Assembly: GCA_964449815.1 (NCBI GenBank)
Contig: CAYVGC010000007.1
Coordinates: 3,948 to 67,947, forward strand
DNA from: an uncultured Bifidobacteriaceae bacterium
Lineage (GTDB): Bacteria > Verrucomicrobiota > Verrucomicrobiia > Limisphaerales > UBA11358
Direction: 5' to 3'
Length of the DNA stretch: 64,000 bases
Shown here: positions 1 to 8,280 of the stretch, piece by piece
Numbering within the stretch: position 1 is the first letter of the stretch
Layout of the letters: every line of letters begins with the position of its first letter
Notes under the pieces: generated by a model
Databases searched by the model: none
What the model was told of the DNA's origin: nothing
The model's input: the letters and a program-made list of their open reading frames with translations, nothing else
Translations under genes and position numbers: made by a program

Positions 1-2
1 AC

Positions 3-530
3 GGCCATGCGGTGTTCAAGGCGCCGACGGTGCCGCTCATCACCCTGGCGGCGCAGCGGACCACCTTCTCAGCCGCGATGACCGAGGGGCACAAGGGCGG
101 CTCGGACCGCATCCGCGCGAAGAACGCGGCCAAGCTGGTGCTCGTGGATTCACTCATCAGCAATGCCCACTACTGCATGTCGCTGGCGCGGCATGATCTG
201 GACCTGCTGCTCTCGTCGGGTTACGAGGTGGTCAGCAAAAACCGCGCGACCGGCCCGCTGGACAAGCCGTCCATTCTGGACGTGTTAAACAACATCAGCG
301 GCCAGTTGCTGGTGCGCGCGCAGGGCGTGCTCAACGGGCGCAACTATCAGGTGCGCGTGAGCACGGACGGCGGCAAGACGTGGGTGGTGATGGGCACGTT
401 CAACAGCCCGCGCCGGATGCTGCTGCAGCCGGTGATCGCGGGCACGACCTACATGGTGGAAGTTTGCGCGCTGGGCGGCAGCACCAACCAGAGCCTGTGG
501 AGCGACCCCATCAGCCGCATGGCGACCTGA
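3..530 (+). CDS. Helical N-domain plus C-terminal fibronectin type III-like domain protein (5' end probably off-window)
   Basis: Frame is open to the left edge. C-terminal beta-rich segment YQVRVSTDGGKTW...GTTYMVEVCALGG...WSDP is an FN3-like pattern. Confidence 0.7.
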   Translation, partial: GHAVFKAPTVPLITLAAQRTTFSAAMTEGHKGGSDRIRAKNAAKLVLVDSLISNAHYCMSLARHDLDLLLSSGYEVVSKNRATGPLDKPSILDVLNNISGQLLVRAQGVLNGRNYQVRVSTDGGKTWVVMGTFNSPRRMLLQPVIAGTTYMVEVCALGGSTNQSLWSDPISRMAT

Positions 531-560
531 ACGGCAAAGAATTTTGCGCTTGGCCAACAA

Positions 561-595
561 CCGCCGGAGCGGGCAGCCGTTCCGGCGGCCTTTTT
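561..595 (+). terminator. Intrinsic terminator
   Basis: 12-bp stem ccgccggagcgg/ccgttccggcgg with a 4-nt loop, then ttttt; lies between convergent genes. Confidence 0.7.
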
Positions 596-610
596 GCCGG
601 CACATTAAAA

Positions 611-1963
611 TTACAAATTCACCACCGCCGGGTCGCCGTAGAGGGTGAAGGAGCCGGTGCGCTCGATCTTCACGTCCATGAGCTGCCCCTGATGGCGGGC
701 GCTGCCGTCGAACAGCACGATGCGGTTGCAGCGCGTGCGGCCCGTGTAACGCGCGGGATTTTTCCGGCTCGGCCCTTCCACCAAAATCTCCACCCGCCGG
801 CCGATGAAGGCGTCGTATTTGCGCGCGGCGATCTCGTTGACGAGTTCCAGCAGGCGATGGTTGCGCTCCTCGCGGATTTTTTGCGGGACTTGATCCGGCA
901 TGTCGGCGGCGGGCGTGTCGCGGCGCGGGGAGTATTTGAAAATGTAGGCGTTGTCGAACTGCACTTCCCGGCAGAGCGAGAGCGTCAGTTCAAAATCCTC
1001 CCCGGTCTCGCCCGGAAAGCCGACAATGATGTCCGTGGTGATGCCGATGCCCGGCCGGGCACGACGGAGCTTCTCCACGATGCCGAGAAATTTTTCGCGC
1101 GTGTAGCCGCGGTGCATCAGTTTCAGAATGCGGTCGCTGCCGCTTTGCAGCGGCAGGTGCGCGCTCTCACACAGCTTCGGCAGCCGCGCGTAAGCCTCCA
1201 CCAGATCATCGCCGTAGCCTTTCGGGTGCGGCGAGGCAAAACGGATGCGCTCCAGGCCGTCAACCTCATGGACGGCTTCGAGGAGCTGAACGAAGGCGGA
1301 TTTGCTGTCAAGCAGCGGATACTCGCGTTTGCCGAAGCTCGTCACAATCTGACCAAGCAAAGTGATTTCGCGCACGCCACGCGAGACAAGTTCGCGGCAT
1401 TCGGCCACGATGTCGGGAATGGTGCGGCTGCGCTCCTCGCCGCGGGTGGCGGGCACGATGCAGAAGGTGCAATGCTGGTTGCAGCCCTGCATGATGCTGA
1501 CAAACGCGGACACGGAGGTCTTCGCGCTGCCGTTGAGCAGGTGTTCGCGGATGGTCGCCTCGCTCTTGGCCTCGGCGGCGACGTCCACGATTTTGTCGCG
1601 TCTGCCGGCGAACAGCTCGTCCAGGTATTCCGCCGCGCGATGAAATTTCTGCGTGCCGAGCACGAGGTCCACGTCCGGCAGTTTATCAATCAGTTCCTGG
1701 CCGCGGCTCTGCGCCATGCAGCCCATGAAGCCGACGATCTGAGCGCGTTTCTGGTTGCGCGCGGAGCCGACGATGTTCTGCATCTTGTTAATCGCCTTCT
1801 GTTCGGCGAAGTCGCGCACGCTGCAAGTGTTCAGCAACACCACATCGGCGGCGGCCTCGGACTTGGCGAGCGACCAGCCCTTGGCGACAAGCTGGGCGGC
1901 GACGGCTTCGCTGTCGCGCTCGTTCATCTGGCAACCGTAAGTTTTTATGAAAACGCTCGGCAT
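611..1963 (-). CDS. miaB: tRNA-2-methylthio-N6-dimethylallyladenosine synthase MiaB
   Basis: IKTYGCQMN, LNTCSVR, radical SAM motif CNQHCTFC, TDIIVGFPGET and a C-terminal TRAM domain. Confidence 0.95.
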   Translation of the reverse strand: MPSVFIKTYGCQMNERDSEAVAAQLVAKGWSLAKSEAAADVVLLNTCSVRDFAEQKAINKMQNIVGSARNQKRAQIVGFMGCMAQSRGQELIDKLPDVDLVLGTQKFHRAAEYLDELFAGRRDKIVDVAAEAKSEATIREHLLNGSAKTSVSAFVSIMQGCNQHCTFCIVPATRGEERSRTIPDIVAECRELVSRGVREITLLGQIVTSFGKREYPLLDSKSAFVQLLEAVHEVDGLERIRFASPHPKGYGDDLVEAYARLPKLCESAHLPLQSGSDRILKLMHRGYTREKFLGIVEKLRRARPGIGITTDIIVGFPGETGEDFELTLSLCREVQFDNAYIFKYSPRRDTPAADMPDQVPQKIREERNHRLLELVNEIAARKYDAFIGRRVEILVEGPSRKNPARYTGRTRCNRIVLFDGSARHQGQLMDVKIERTGSFTLYGDPAVVNL

Positions 1964-2148
1964 GGTTCGAGAGGGAACAACGTTAATTCATCCGGGCGGA
2001 GTTGGAAAGGCGGCAGTGCGGGCGGCGCGATTAAAACTTTTTCAAAATAGGACTGGCAATTTCAGTTGGCCTGCGCTTAATTGGCCATGGTCATGAGAGC
2101 AGCAACCACAGTTCAACGACCGTCAACCTTCAACCTGGAGGACTTCCA

Positions 2149-2403
2149 ATGGACTTGCATCATCCGTTCGTAAAAGAGTTCCCGGCGCACCGCGAAACCA
2201 TCCGCTCGCTCAAGCTGGCGGATGCGAAGTTCCGCGCGGCGTTCGAGGAATATCACACGCTGGACGACGAAATCTGCCGCATCGAGGACGAGGTGGAGTT
2301 CGCCACCGACCAGCAGTTGGACGAACTCAAATTCAAGCGGGCGAAACTCAAGGACACACTTTACACCGCCGTGCAAAAGCACGAGTCGGTGGTGGTGCGT
2401 TAA
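2149..2403 (+). CDS. DUF465/YdcH family small coiled-coil protein
   Basis: RBS ggagga. Pattern F...EEYHTLDDEI..IE......D..LDELK.KR.KLKD.LY. Confidence 0.8.
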   Translation: MDLHHPFVKEFPAHRETIRSLKLADAKFRAAFEEYHTLDDEICRIEDEVEFATDQQLDELKFKRAKLKDTLYTAVQKHESVVVR

Positions 2404-2740
2404 GCGCCGGCGCAACCGTGTGCCATCTGGCATGGCCGCGCATCAGCGGCGCGACAGGCAGAAGATTTATTCCGTTTTTTTTCGCGGCGGCTTTTCTGTA
2501 TTGATGCGGAGCGAAAACTTTCACCCAAGCTGACCAGCGAGGGTTTATTTGGCAAACTTCACGCCATGCTGGTCAGACTTCCTGGCCGTTCTCTAAAATA
2601 AATTCCCCCGGCGTGTCTCTCATCCGTCGGATCAGAAACGTGCGGTCGCTGACAAGTGTGAACAGGGATGGCCACGGTTAACGAACATTACGAAGCCGAA
2701 GTGTCGGGAAAGCCTGACGTTGATTTAACGCGAGAACCGG

Positions 2741-4210
2741 CTACGGTCCGCCGTTGTGGCAGTCAATGCAGCTCGGATTGTCGTCCAGCTCGCCGCCGGG
2801 GTGGATGAACTTCTGACCGGCCGGCGCGAGCTTGTTGAGATCGGCTCCGGCTCCCTGCGCGAGAATGGTGTGACAGGTGTTGCAGTCGTTGGCCTTGATG
2901 GTCGTCTTGCGATCCTCGGTCTTGTGCTGGCCGTCGTGACAGCGGAAACAGCCGGGCCAGATCATGTGGCCGACATTATCTGGGTAGCTGGCCCAGCTCG
3001 CCTTCATTTCGGGAAAGAAATAGTCGGCATAAATCTGCTGAATGGTGGCGGTGGTGGTCTGGACGCGCGGGTCGTTCGGATACTTCGCGGCGAGCGCGGC
3101 GGCGATGCCGTCCTTCGCTTCATTGTCGGTCTGGTATGGCCGGGTCAGGACATACACGGCATTGGTCTTGATCCACGGGATCGTGGGATCAATCTTGCCC
3201 AGCGCCATCTGCTGGTTGACGGCTTTCTCCGGTGAGAGATAGCGGTGCGACGGCCGGTTGTGACAGTCCATGCAGTCCATCGTGCGGATTTCCATCCGGG
3301 TCACGTCGTTGGTGAAATTTTTGGTCTTGAACACGGTGATTTTGCCCTGCGCATCGGTCACGCGCACCCAGGGGATTTTCTGGCGCGCATTGTCGGTCGC
3401 GACGTATTCCACTTTGTTGCCGGGCAGATTGTGCCAGTGAATGCCGCCGACCGGGCCTTGGCGCGGATCGCTGCCGCCAATTTTCAGGAGCAGGCGGATC
3501 GAGTAAGGTGAGTTCGACGCATCGCTCTGGAAATAATTGAACGTGCGGTCGAGGTTGCCGACGAACGACTGCGGCCAGTGACATTCCTCGCACGTCTCGC
3601 GTGCCGGGCGAAGGTTTTTGATCGGCGTCGGAATCGGGCGCGGATATTTGTTGAACGCCACGGCGTAAAGCTGGTAGGAACCGGATATTTTGGACTTCAC
3701 AAACCACGACACGCCCTGGCCGACATGACATTCCACGCAGGCCACGCGCGCGTGCGGGCCGAGGTCGTGCGTGGTTTTCTCCGGCTTCATTACCTTGTGG
3801 CACGTCTCGCCACAAAACGTCACAGACTCGGTAAAGTTAAACGCGTTGTAGGAACCGATGGCCGAGAGCAGCAGAAACACCACGCTGCCCGTGATGAACG
3901 TCACCAGCACCCGGCGGTCGTGCGCATCGTTCAAATCAATCTTCAGTGACGCCGGCCCGACGCCGTGCGCCCGGCGACGCCGCTCCCGCCAGGCCCCGGC
4001 AAAAGCCAGTCCGATGCCGCCGATCAAAAAGACCGGCACCACGATGTAGGTCAAAATGCTGACGTAGGGATTGGCAAATTTGGACAGCGCGTCCAGCACA
4101 AACAGCAGCAGGAAGGAAAAGAGCGCGCCGAGACCCACCACCATGCCGACAAAACTGATCCAGTTGCGGAACACGGATGGGGATTTGCAGGCGGCAGCTT
4201 CAGGATTCAT
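2741..4210 (-). CDS. Membrane-anchored multiheme cytochrome c, NapC/NirT-like N-terminal domain
   Basis: Three N-terminal hydrophobic helices, CGETCH and six CxxCH motifs (CVECH, CEECH, CMDCH, CFRCH, CNTCH, CIDCH). Start placed at MNPEAA (4210). Confidence 0.9.
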   Translation of the reverse strand: MNPEAAACKSPSVFRNWISFVGMVVGLGALFSFLLLFVLDALSKFANPYVSILTYIVVPVFLIGGIGLAFAGAWRERRRRAHGVGPASLKIDLNDAHDRRVLVTFITGSVVFLLLSAIGSYNAFNFTESVTFCGETCHKVMKPEKTTHDLGPHARVACVECHVGQGVSWFVKSKISGSYQLYAVAFNKYPRPIPTPIKNLRPARETCEECHWPQSFVGNLDRTFNYFQSDASNSPYSIRLLLKIGGSDPRQGPVGGIHWHNLPGNKVEYVATDNARQKIPWVRVTDAQGKITVFKTKNFTNDVTRMEIRTMDCMDCHNRPSHRYLSPEKAVNQQMALGKIDPTIPWIKTNAVYVLTRPYQTDNEAKDGIAAALAAKYPNDPRVQTTTATIQQIYADYFFPEMKASWASYPDNVGHMIWPGCFRCHDGQHKTEDRKTTIKANDCNTCHTILAQGAGADLNKLAPAGQKFIHPGGELDDNPSCIDCHNGGP

Positions 4211-4313
4211 GAAACGGAATTCTTCTATAAGGTTTCGCCGGATGATTGCACGACAAAAAAACTGGCTGCCGGACGGAACCATAAACCGCCCGACAGCCAG
4301 AACCACAACCAAA

Positions 4314-4643
4314 TTATTTCTTCAAACCGCGAACATAGGCCACGAGCGTCTTCACTTCATCATCGGACAAAGTGTCGAACGGCTTCATCAATGTTTTGTC
4401 TTCCGGAGATTTCAAACCTTCCTTGATGGCCTTCGTGGCGGCGTCATCCTTCATGTCGGCCTGCACCTTGGCGTCGGTGAAATCTTTGCAGCCAAGTTTC
4501 TGGCCCATCTTGGTGTCGCCTTTGCCTTCGGCCCCATGGCATTTCGCGCAGAGGTTGTCCCAATTCTCCTTGGCATCCGCCGCTTTCGCAGACAGGGCCG
4601 CAGCAAGGCCAAACAGCGTGACTAACAGAATAATTTTTTTCAT
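4314..4643 (-). CDS. Periplasmic monoheme cytochrome c
   Basis: Signal peptide MKKIILLVTLFGLAAALSAKA, CAKCH motif and a distal Met in MKPF. Confidence 0.9.
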   Translation of the reverse strand: MKKIILLVTLFGLAAALSAKAADAKENWDNLCAKCHGAEGKGDTKMGQKLGCKDFTDAKVQADMKDDAATKAIKEGLKSPEDKTLMKPFDTLSDDEVKTLVAYVRGLKK

Positions 4644-4821
4644 CGTAGTATGTCGGTTGATATTCAGGTTGCCGATGCACAGCATCGCGTTCAAGGAGAT
4701 TATTGCCCACAAAACAGAATTCAACCAGCCATTTTTTGACTAAGGGTTGACATTTTTTGATAAGCCGAACTGCCGATCAGCCTTCACGGTCCTCAAAAAA
4801 CTCTGATTCCATCACCAAAAT

Positions 4822-4986
4822 ATGGAACCAAAGTCGAACCCGTCGCCGGGTGAAATAAATGTTTTTTGTGCGTGCCGCCACTTCATCGGCGTTTCTGTGG
4901 CCGAAATCATCGTCAAAATCCGGGGATTGACCGACATCAACATCCAGAGCGAAATCCGGCGACGGCGCTTGACCGCTGTTCGCTAA
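4822..4986 (+). CDS. Candidate 54-aa small protein (below the ORF-track cutoff)
   Basis: Translated by hand: MEPKSNPSPGEINVFCACRHFIGVSVAEIIVKIRGLTDINIQSEIRRRRLTAVR. Second half has many C-ending codons. Confidence 0.4.
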   Translation: MEPKSNPSPGEINVFCACRHFIGVSVAEIIVKIRGLTDINIQSEIRRRRLTAVR

Positions 4987-5010
4987 ACTGCTTTTTCAGC
5001 AAATACGGTT

Positions 5011-5943
5011 TCAGTCCCTGGCACCGCTTGTTTTTCCGGCGGTCAAAACTTCGTTTGTGCTGCCGCGACGGTAGCCCTGCAAATCCAGCGTGACGTGCGC
5101 GTAGCCGATCTGTTTCAACGCGCCGGCGATTCTGTCCGCCACGCCGTCCGCCAGAAATTTGTGCATTTCCGCCGGGCCGACCTCGATGCGCGCCAGATGC
5201 GAAACCGTTGCGGATTGCGGATTGCGGATTGCGGACTGTTTCGCGGCACCGGCTGCCGGATTTTCAGTCTGCAATCCCCAATCGCCGCTCCGCAATTCAT
5301 GGTGCCGCACGCGCACATCATGAAAACCGAGATCGCGCAGCGCATATTCCGCCAGCTCGATCATCCGCAGCTTGGCTGGCGTCACCGTTTCGCCGTAAGG
5401 CACGCGCGAACTCAAACACGCCATCTGCGGCTTGTCCGCCGTCGGCAGGCCGAGCTGCGCGGACAGCTCGCGGATTTCCGCCTTCGTCAAACCGACTTCC
5501 TTGAGCGGCGCGCGCACCTGGAATTCCGCCGCCGCCTGCGCGCCCGGACGGAAATCGCCGATGTCGCTGGCGTTTTCGCCGTAGGCAATCACCGCAAAAT
5601 TTTCCGCCCGTGCCAGCGGCGTCAGTCCCTCGAACAGCTCGTGCTTGCAGAAATAACAGCGGTTCGCCGGGTTGGTGGTGTAATTCGCGTTGTCAAATTC
5701 CCGCGTGCGAAGGATGCGCACGGAAAACGAGAATTTCGCCGCGATGTCGAGCGCCTCCTGCAGTTCGCGGCGCGGCAGACTCGGCGAATCGGCAATCGCC
5801 GCCAGCGCGCGTTCGCCCAGCACCTCGTGCGCGACGTGCGCGAGAAACACCGAGTCCACGCCGCCGGAATAGGCCACCAGACACGAGCCGCAGCTTTTCA
5901 GCAGCGCCCGTAATTTTTCCAGTTTGTTGTTTGCTTCGCTCAT
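5011..5943 (-). CDS. larE: ATP-dependent sacrificial sulfur transferase LarE, with in-frame palindromic insertion
   Basis: PP-loop VAYSGGVDS, NRCYFCK, DFRPG, ACLSSR and VTLDL.GYR.GS; adjacent to larC and larB. Confidence 0.93.
   Translation of the reverse strand: MSEANNKLEKLRALLKSCGSCLVAYSGGVDSVFLAHVAHEVLGERALAAIADSPSLPRRELQEALDIAAKFSFSVRILRTREFDNANYTTNPANRCYFCKHELFEGLTPLARAENFAVIAYGENASDIGDFRPGAQAAAEFQVRAPLKEVGLTKAEIRELSAQLGLPTADKPQMACLSSRVPYGETVTPAKLRMIELAEYALRDLGFHDVRVRHHELRSGDWGLQTENPAAGAAKQSAIRNPQSATVSHLARIEVGPAEMHKFLADGVADRIAGALKQIGYAHVTLDLQGYRRGSTNEVLTAGKTSGARD
5208..5295. repeat. Heptamer-based inverted repeat inside larE
   Basis: (ttgcgga)x4 at 5208-5235. Arm 5265-5295 matches the reverse complement of 5208-5238 at 25/31 positions, with a 26-nt loop. 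Confidence 0.9.
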
Positions 5944-7256
5944 CGCTTCAAATGCTTCGCGGCCTGAACCGCCGCCTCGTAAATCGTTTTCACCGGCACT
6001 TTTTTCTGCGCCGCCAGTTTTCTGGCCGGCTCGAATTCGGGCGCGGACTGAATCACCTTACCACCAAGCCGGCCAATTTTCACGGTCACTTTGCCGAAAG
6101 CGGTTTTCACTTCGGCAAATTCCCGGCGCAGCTTGCGGCGCTCCGCGAAGGTTTTCCGCACGCCGAACGCGGTGGTTTCGCGCAAAATCAATTCGCAGAA
6201 TTTGTCCGCGTCGGCGTCCGCGCACAAAACCGTGAGCAGCACGCTGGGCCGGTTTTTTTTCATCTGGATCGGCGTGTGAAACACGTCCAGCGCGCCGGCG
6301 GCCAGGGCCGTTTCGACAAAGCTGCCGAGAATTTCCCCGGTGCAATCGTCCAGATTCGTCTCCAGCACGGCAATCCGGTCGGTTTCCCAATCAAGGCCGG
6401 TTGCAGGTTGAGGCGCGCCACCGACCTTGGACTTTGGACTTTGGACTTTGGACTGGGTTCCCAGCACCGTCCGCAGCACATTCGGCCGCGTGACATTTTC
6501 CCGCGTGCCGAGGCCAAAGCCGATTTTTTCGGCGACCAGATTTTCCATTGCGCCGAAGCTTTCGACGAATTCCGCCAGCAGCGCCGCGCCGGTGGGCGTG
6601 ACGAGTTCGTGCGGTTCGTCGCATTGCGTGAGACTGATGCCGCGCGCGCCGAGAATCGCCAGCGTGGCCGGTGCGGGCACGGGAAACCGTCCATGCGCGC
6701 AATCAATCCAGCCGGTGCCTTCGATTATCGGCGAGGCGAACACGCGCGGTTTGCCGAGCAGTTCCAGCACGATGGCCGCGCCGACGATGTCCACGATGGA
6801 ATCCACCGCGCCGACTTCGTGGAAATGGACTTCGTTTGGCGGCAGCCCGTGGATTTTCCCCTCGGCTTCCGCGATGCGCGCGAACACGGCGATGGATTTC
6901 TGCTTCACCCAGGCCGACAGCTTGCTGCGCGAAATGAGCTGTTTGATCTCCGAAAAATTGCGCTGGTCGTCATGCGCATGATCCTGGCGGTGTTCGTGCG
7001 GATGCCCGTGGCCGTGGTGATGATGACCGTGATCATCCGCGTGTTCGTGGTGATGCGCATCCGTGAGATGGACGTCAAACTTCACCCCGGCGATGGCGGA
7101 TTTTTGCCGGCGCGAAACATGGAGATGGTAGCCGTCAAGCTTGAGCTTCTTCAACTCGCGTTCGAGTTTGGCGGCATCCACGCCGAGATCCAGCAGCGCG
7201 CCGATGAACATGTCGCCGGCGATGCCGCTGAAAATGTCGAGGTAAAGCGTTTTCAT
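5940..7256 (-). CDS. larC: Nickel pincer cofactor nickel insertase LarC
   Basis: DIFSGIAGDMFIGALLD, His-rich segment, HFHEVGAVDSIVDI, TPTGAALL, ETNLDD and MKKNRP. Confidence 0.95.
   Translation of the reverse strand: MKTLYLDIFSGIAGDMFIGALLDLGVDAAKLERELKKLKLDGYHLHVSRRQKSAIAGVKFDVHLTDAHHHEHADDHGHHHHGHGHPHEHRQDHAHDDQRNFSEIKQLISRSKLSAWVKQKSIAVFARIAEAEGKIHGLPPNEVHFHEVGAVDSIVDIVGAAIVLELLGKPRVFASPIIEGTGWIDCAHGRFPVPAPATLAILGARGISLTQCDEPHELVTPTGAALLAEFVESFGAMENLVAEKIGFGLGTRENVTRPNVLRTVLGTQSKVQSPKSKVGGAPQPATGLDWETDRIAVLETNLDDCTGEILGSFVETALAAGALDVFHTPIQMKKNRPSVLLTVLCADADADKFCELILRETTAFGVRKTFAERRKLRREFAEVKTAFGKVTVKIGRLGGKVIQSAPEFEPARKLAAQKKVPVKTIYEAAVQAAKHLKR
6426..6453. repeat. Heptamer tandem array inside larC
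   Basis: cttggac(tttggac)x3, translated as QSKVQSPKSKV. Confidence 0.9.
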
Positions 7257-7272
7257 GGAAAAATCATTTCAG

Positions 7273-7350
7273 CCACAGATGCATACAGATTAACACTGAT
7301 GGCAATCTTGCACAGCCGGAGCATCGTGTTTCATCTGTGTAAATCTGCGG
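7273..7350. repeat. Inverted pair of ~10-nt periodic (cacagat-type) repeats overlapping the larB stop codon
   Basis: ccacagatgcatacagatt (7273-7291) and catctgtgtaaatctgcgg (7332-7350). Confidence 0.75.
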
Positions 7351-8095
7351 TCAAAGCATTTATTTGCGCCGCCGCATAGCCGGCGCCGAAGCCGTTGTCA
7401 ATGTTCACCACCGTCACGCCGCTGGCGCAACTGTTGAGCATCGCCAGCAGCGCGGCGATGCCGCCGAAGCTCGCGCCGTAGCCGATGCTCGTCGGCACGG
7501 CAATGACCGGCTTGGAAACCAGCCCGGCGATGACGCTGGGTAGCGCGCCTTCCATGCCAGCCACCGCGACGATGACACTGGCTTTTTGAAGGGTTTCCAT
7601 CCGCGCCAGCATCCGGTGGAGGCCGGCGACGCCGACGTCGTGAATTCTTTCCACGCGGTTGCCCATGATTTCGGCGGTGACGGCGGCTTCCTCGGCCACC
7701 GGTAAATCGCTCGTGCCGGCGCAAATGACGGCGATGAAGCCGGGGCGCTTGGGCAGGGGGTTGGTCTCGATGGTCACGCAGCGGGCAAGCGCATGATGCA
7801 CCGCGCGCCTGAATTTTTTCCGCAACGCGCGGGCGTGTTCGGCGGCCACCCGGGTGACAAGCACCGGCTGGCCAAGCTCCAAAAGCTTGGCGGCGATTTT
7901 GACGACCTGTTCCGGCGTTTTGCCGGCGCCAAAAATGACTTCGGGGAAATTTTTGCGGAGCGCGCGGTGCGTGTCCACCTGCGCAAAGCCGAGGTCGGCC
8001 ACCGGCGCGGACTGGAAGGCGCGCAGGACTTTTTCGCCCGGAATTTTTCCGGCGCGAAATTGTTCCAGCAGGCGGGCGGCCTCGGTCGTTGTCAT
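7331..8095 (-). CDS. larB: Pyridinium-3,5-biscarboxylic acid mononucleotide synthase LarB
   Basis: FAQVDTHRALR..FPEVIFGAGKT, AGTSDLPVAEEA, DVGVAGLHR, VAGMEGAL and NIDNGFGA. Confidence 0.95.
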   Translation of the reverse strand: MTTTEAARLLEQFRAGKIPGEKVLRAFQSAPVADLGFAQVDTHRALRKNFPEVIFGAGKTPEQVVKIAAKLLELGQPVLVTRVAAEHARALRKKFRRAVHHALARCVTIETNPLPKRPGFIAVICAGTSDLPVAEEAAVTAEIMGNRVERIHDVGVAGLHRMLARMETLQKASVIVAVAGMEGALPSVIAGLVSKPVIAVPTSIGYGASFGGIAALLAMLNSCASGVTVVNIDNGFGAGYAAAQINALTADLHR

Positions 8096-8280
8096 CGCAG
8101 GACAATGCCTCACGAGACGCCTGCTGTCACGCGGGAAAACCTGGGGCGGCGGCTTTATGCGACCAAGCTCGCACTTTGCCGGTGAATTTGGAACCGCCGG
8201 ATAAAACGCCGGTCATCCCCTGCCCTTCCGCGCCGTTCAGCGGCGAAACAAAAATCCAGGCGGCAACTTTCAAAGATTTT

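Noticed and set aside
380-2050. 556-aa + strand ORF, and similar long antisense ORFs (5610..7379, 31569..33194, 35079..37535, 37654..39696, 40736..41944, 48770..50260)
   Set aside because: Shadow ORFs opposite well-supported genes, as expected in high-GC DNA.
7000-7050. His-rich stretch in larC as a repeat insertion
   Set aside because: His-rich segments are an ordinary nickel-binding feature of LarC and show no DNA periodicity.
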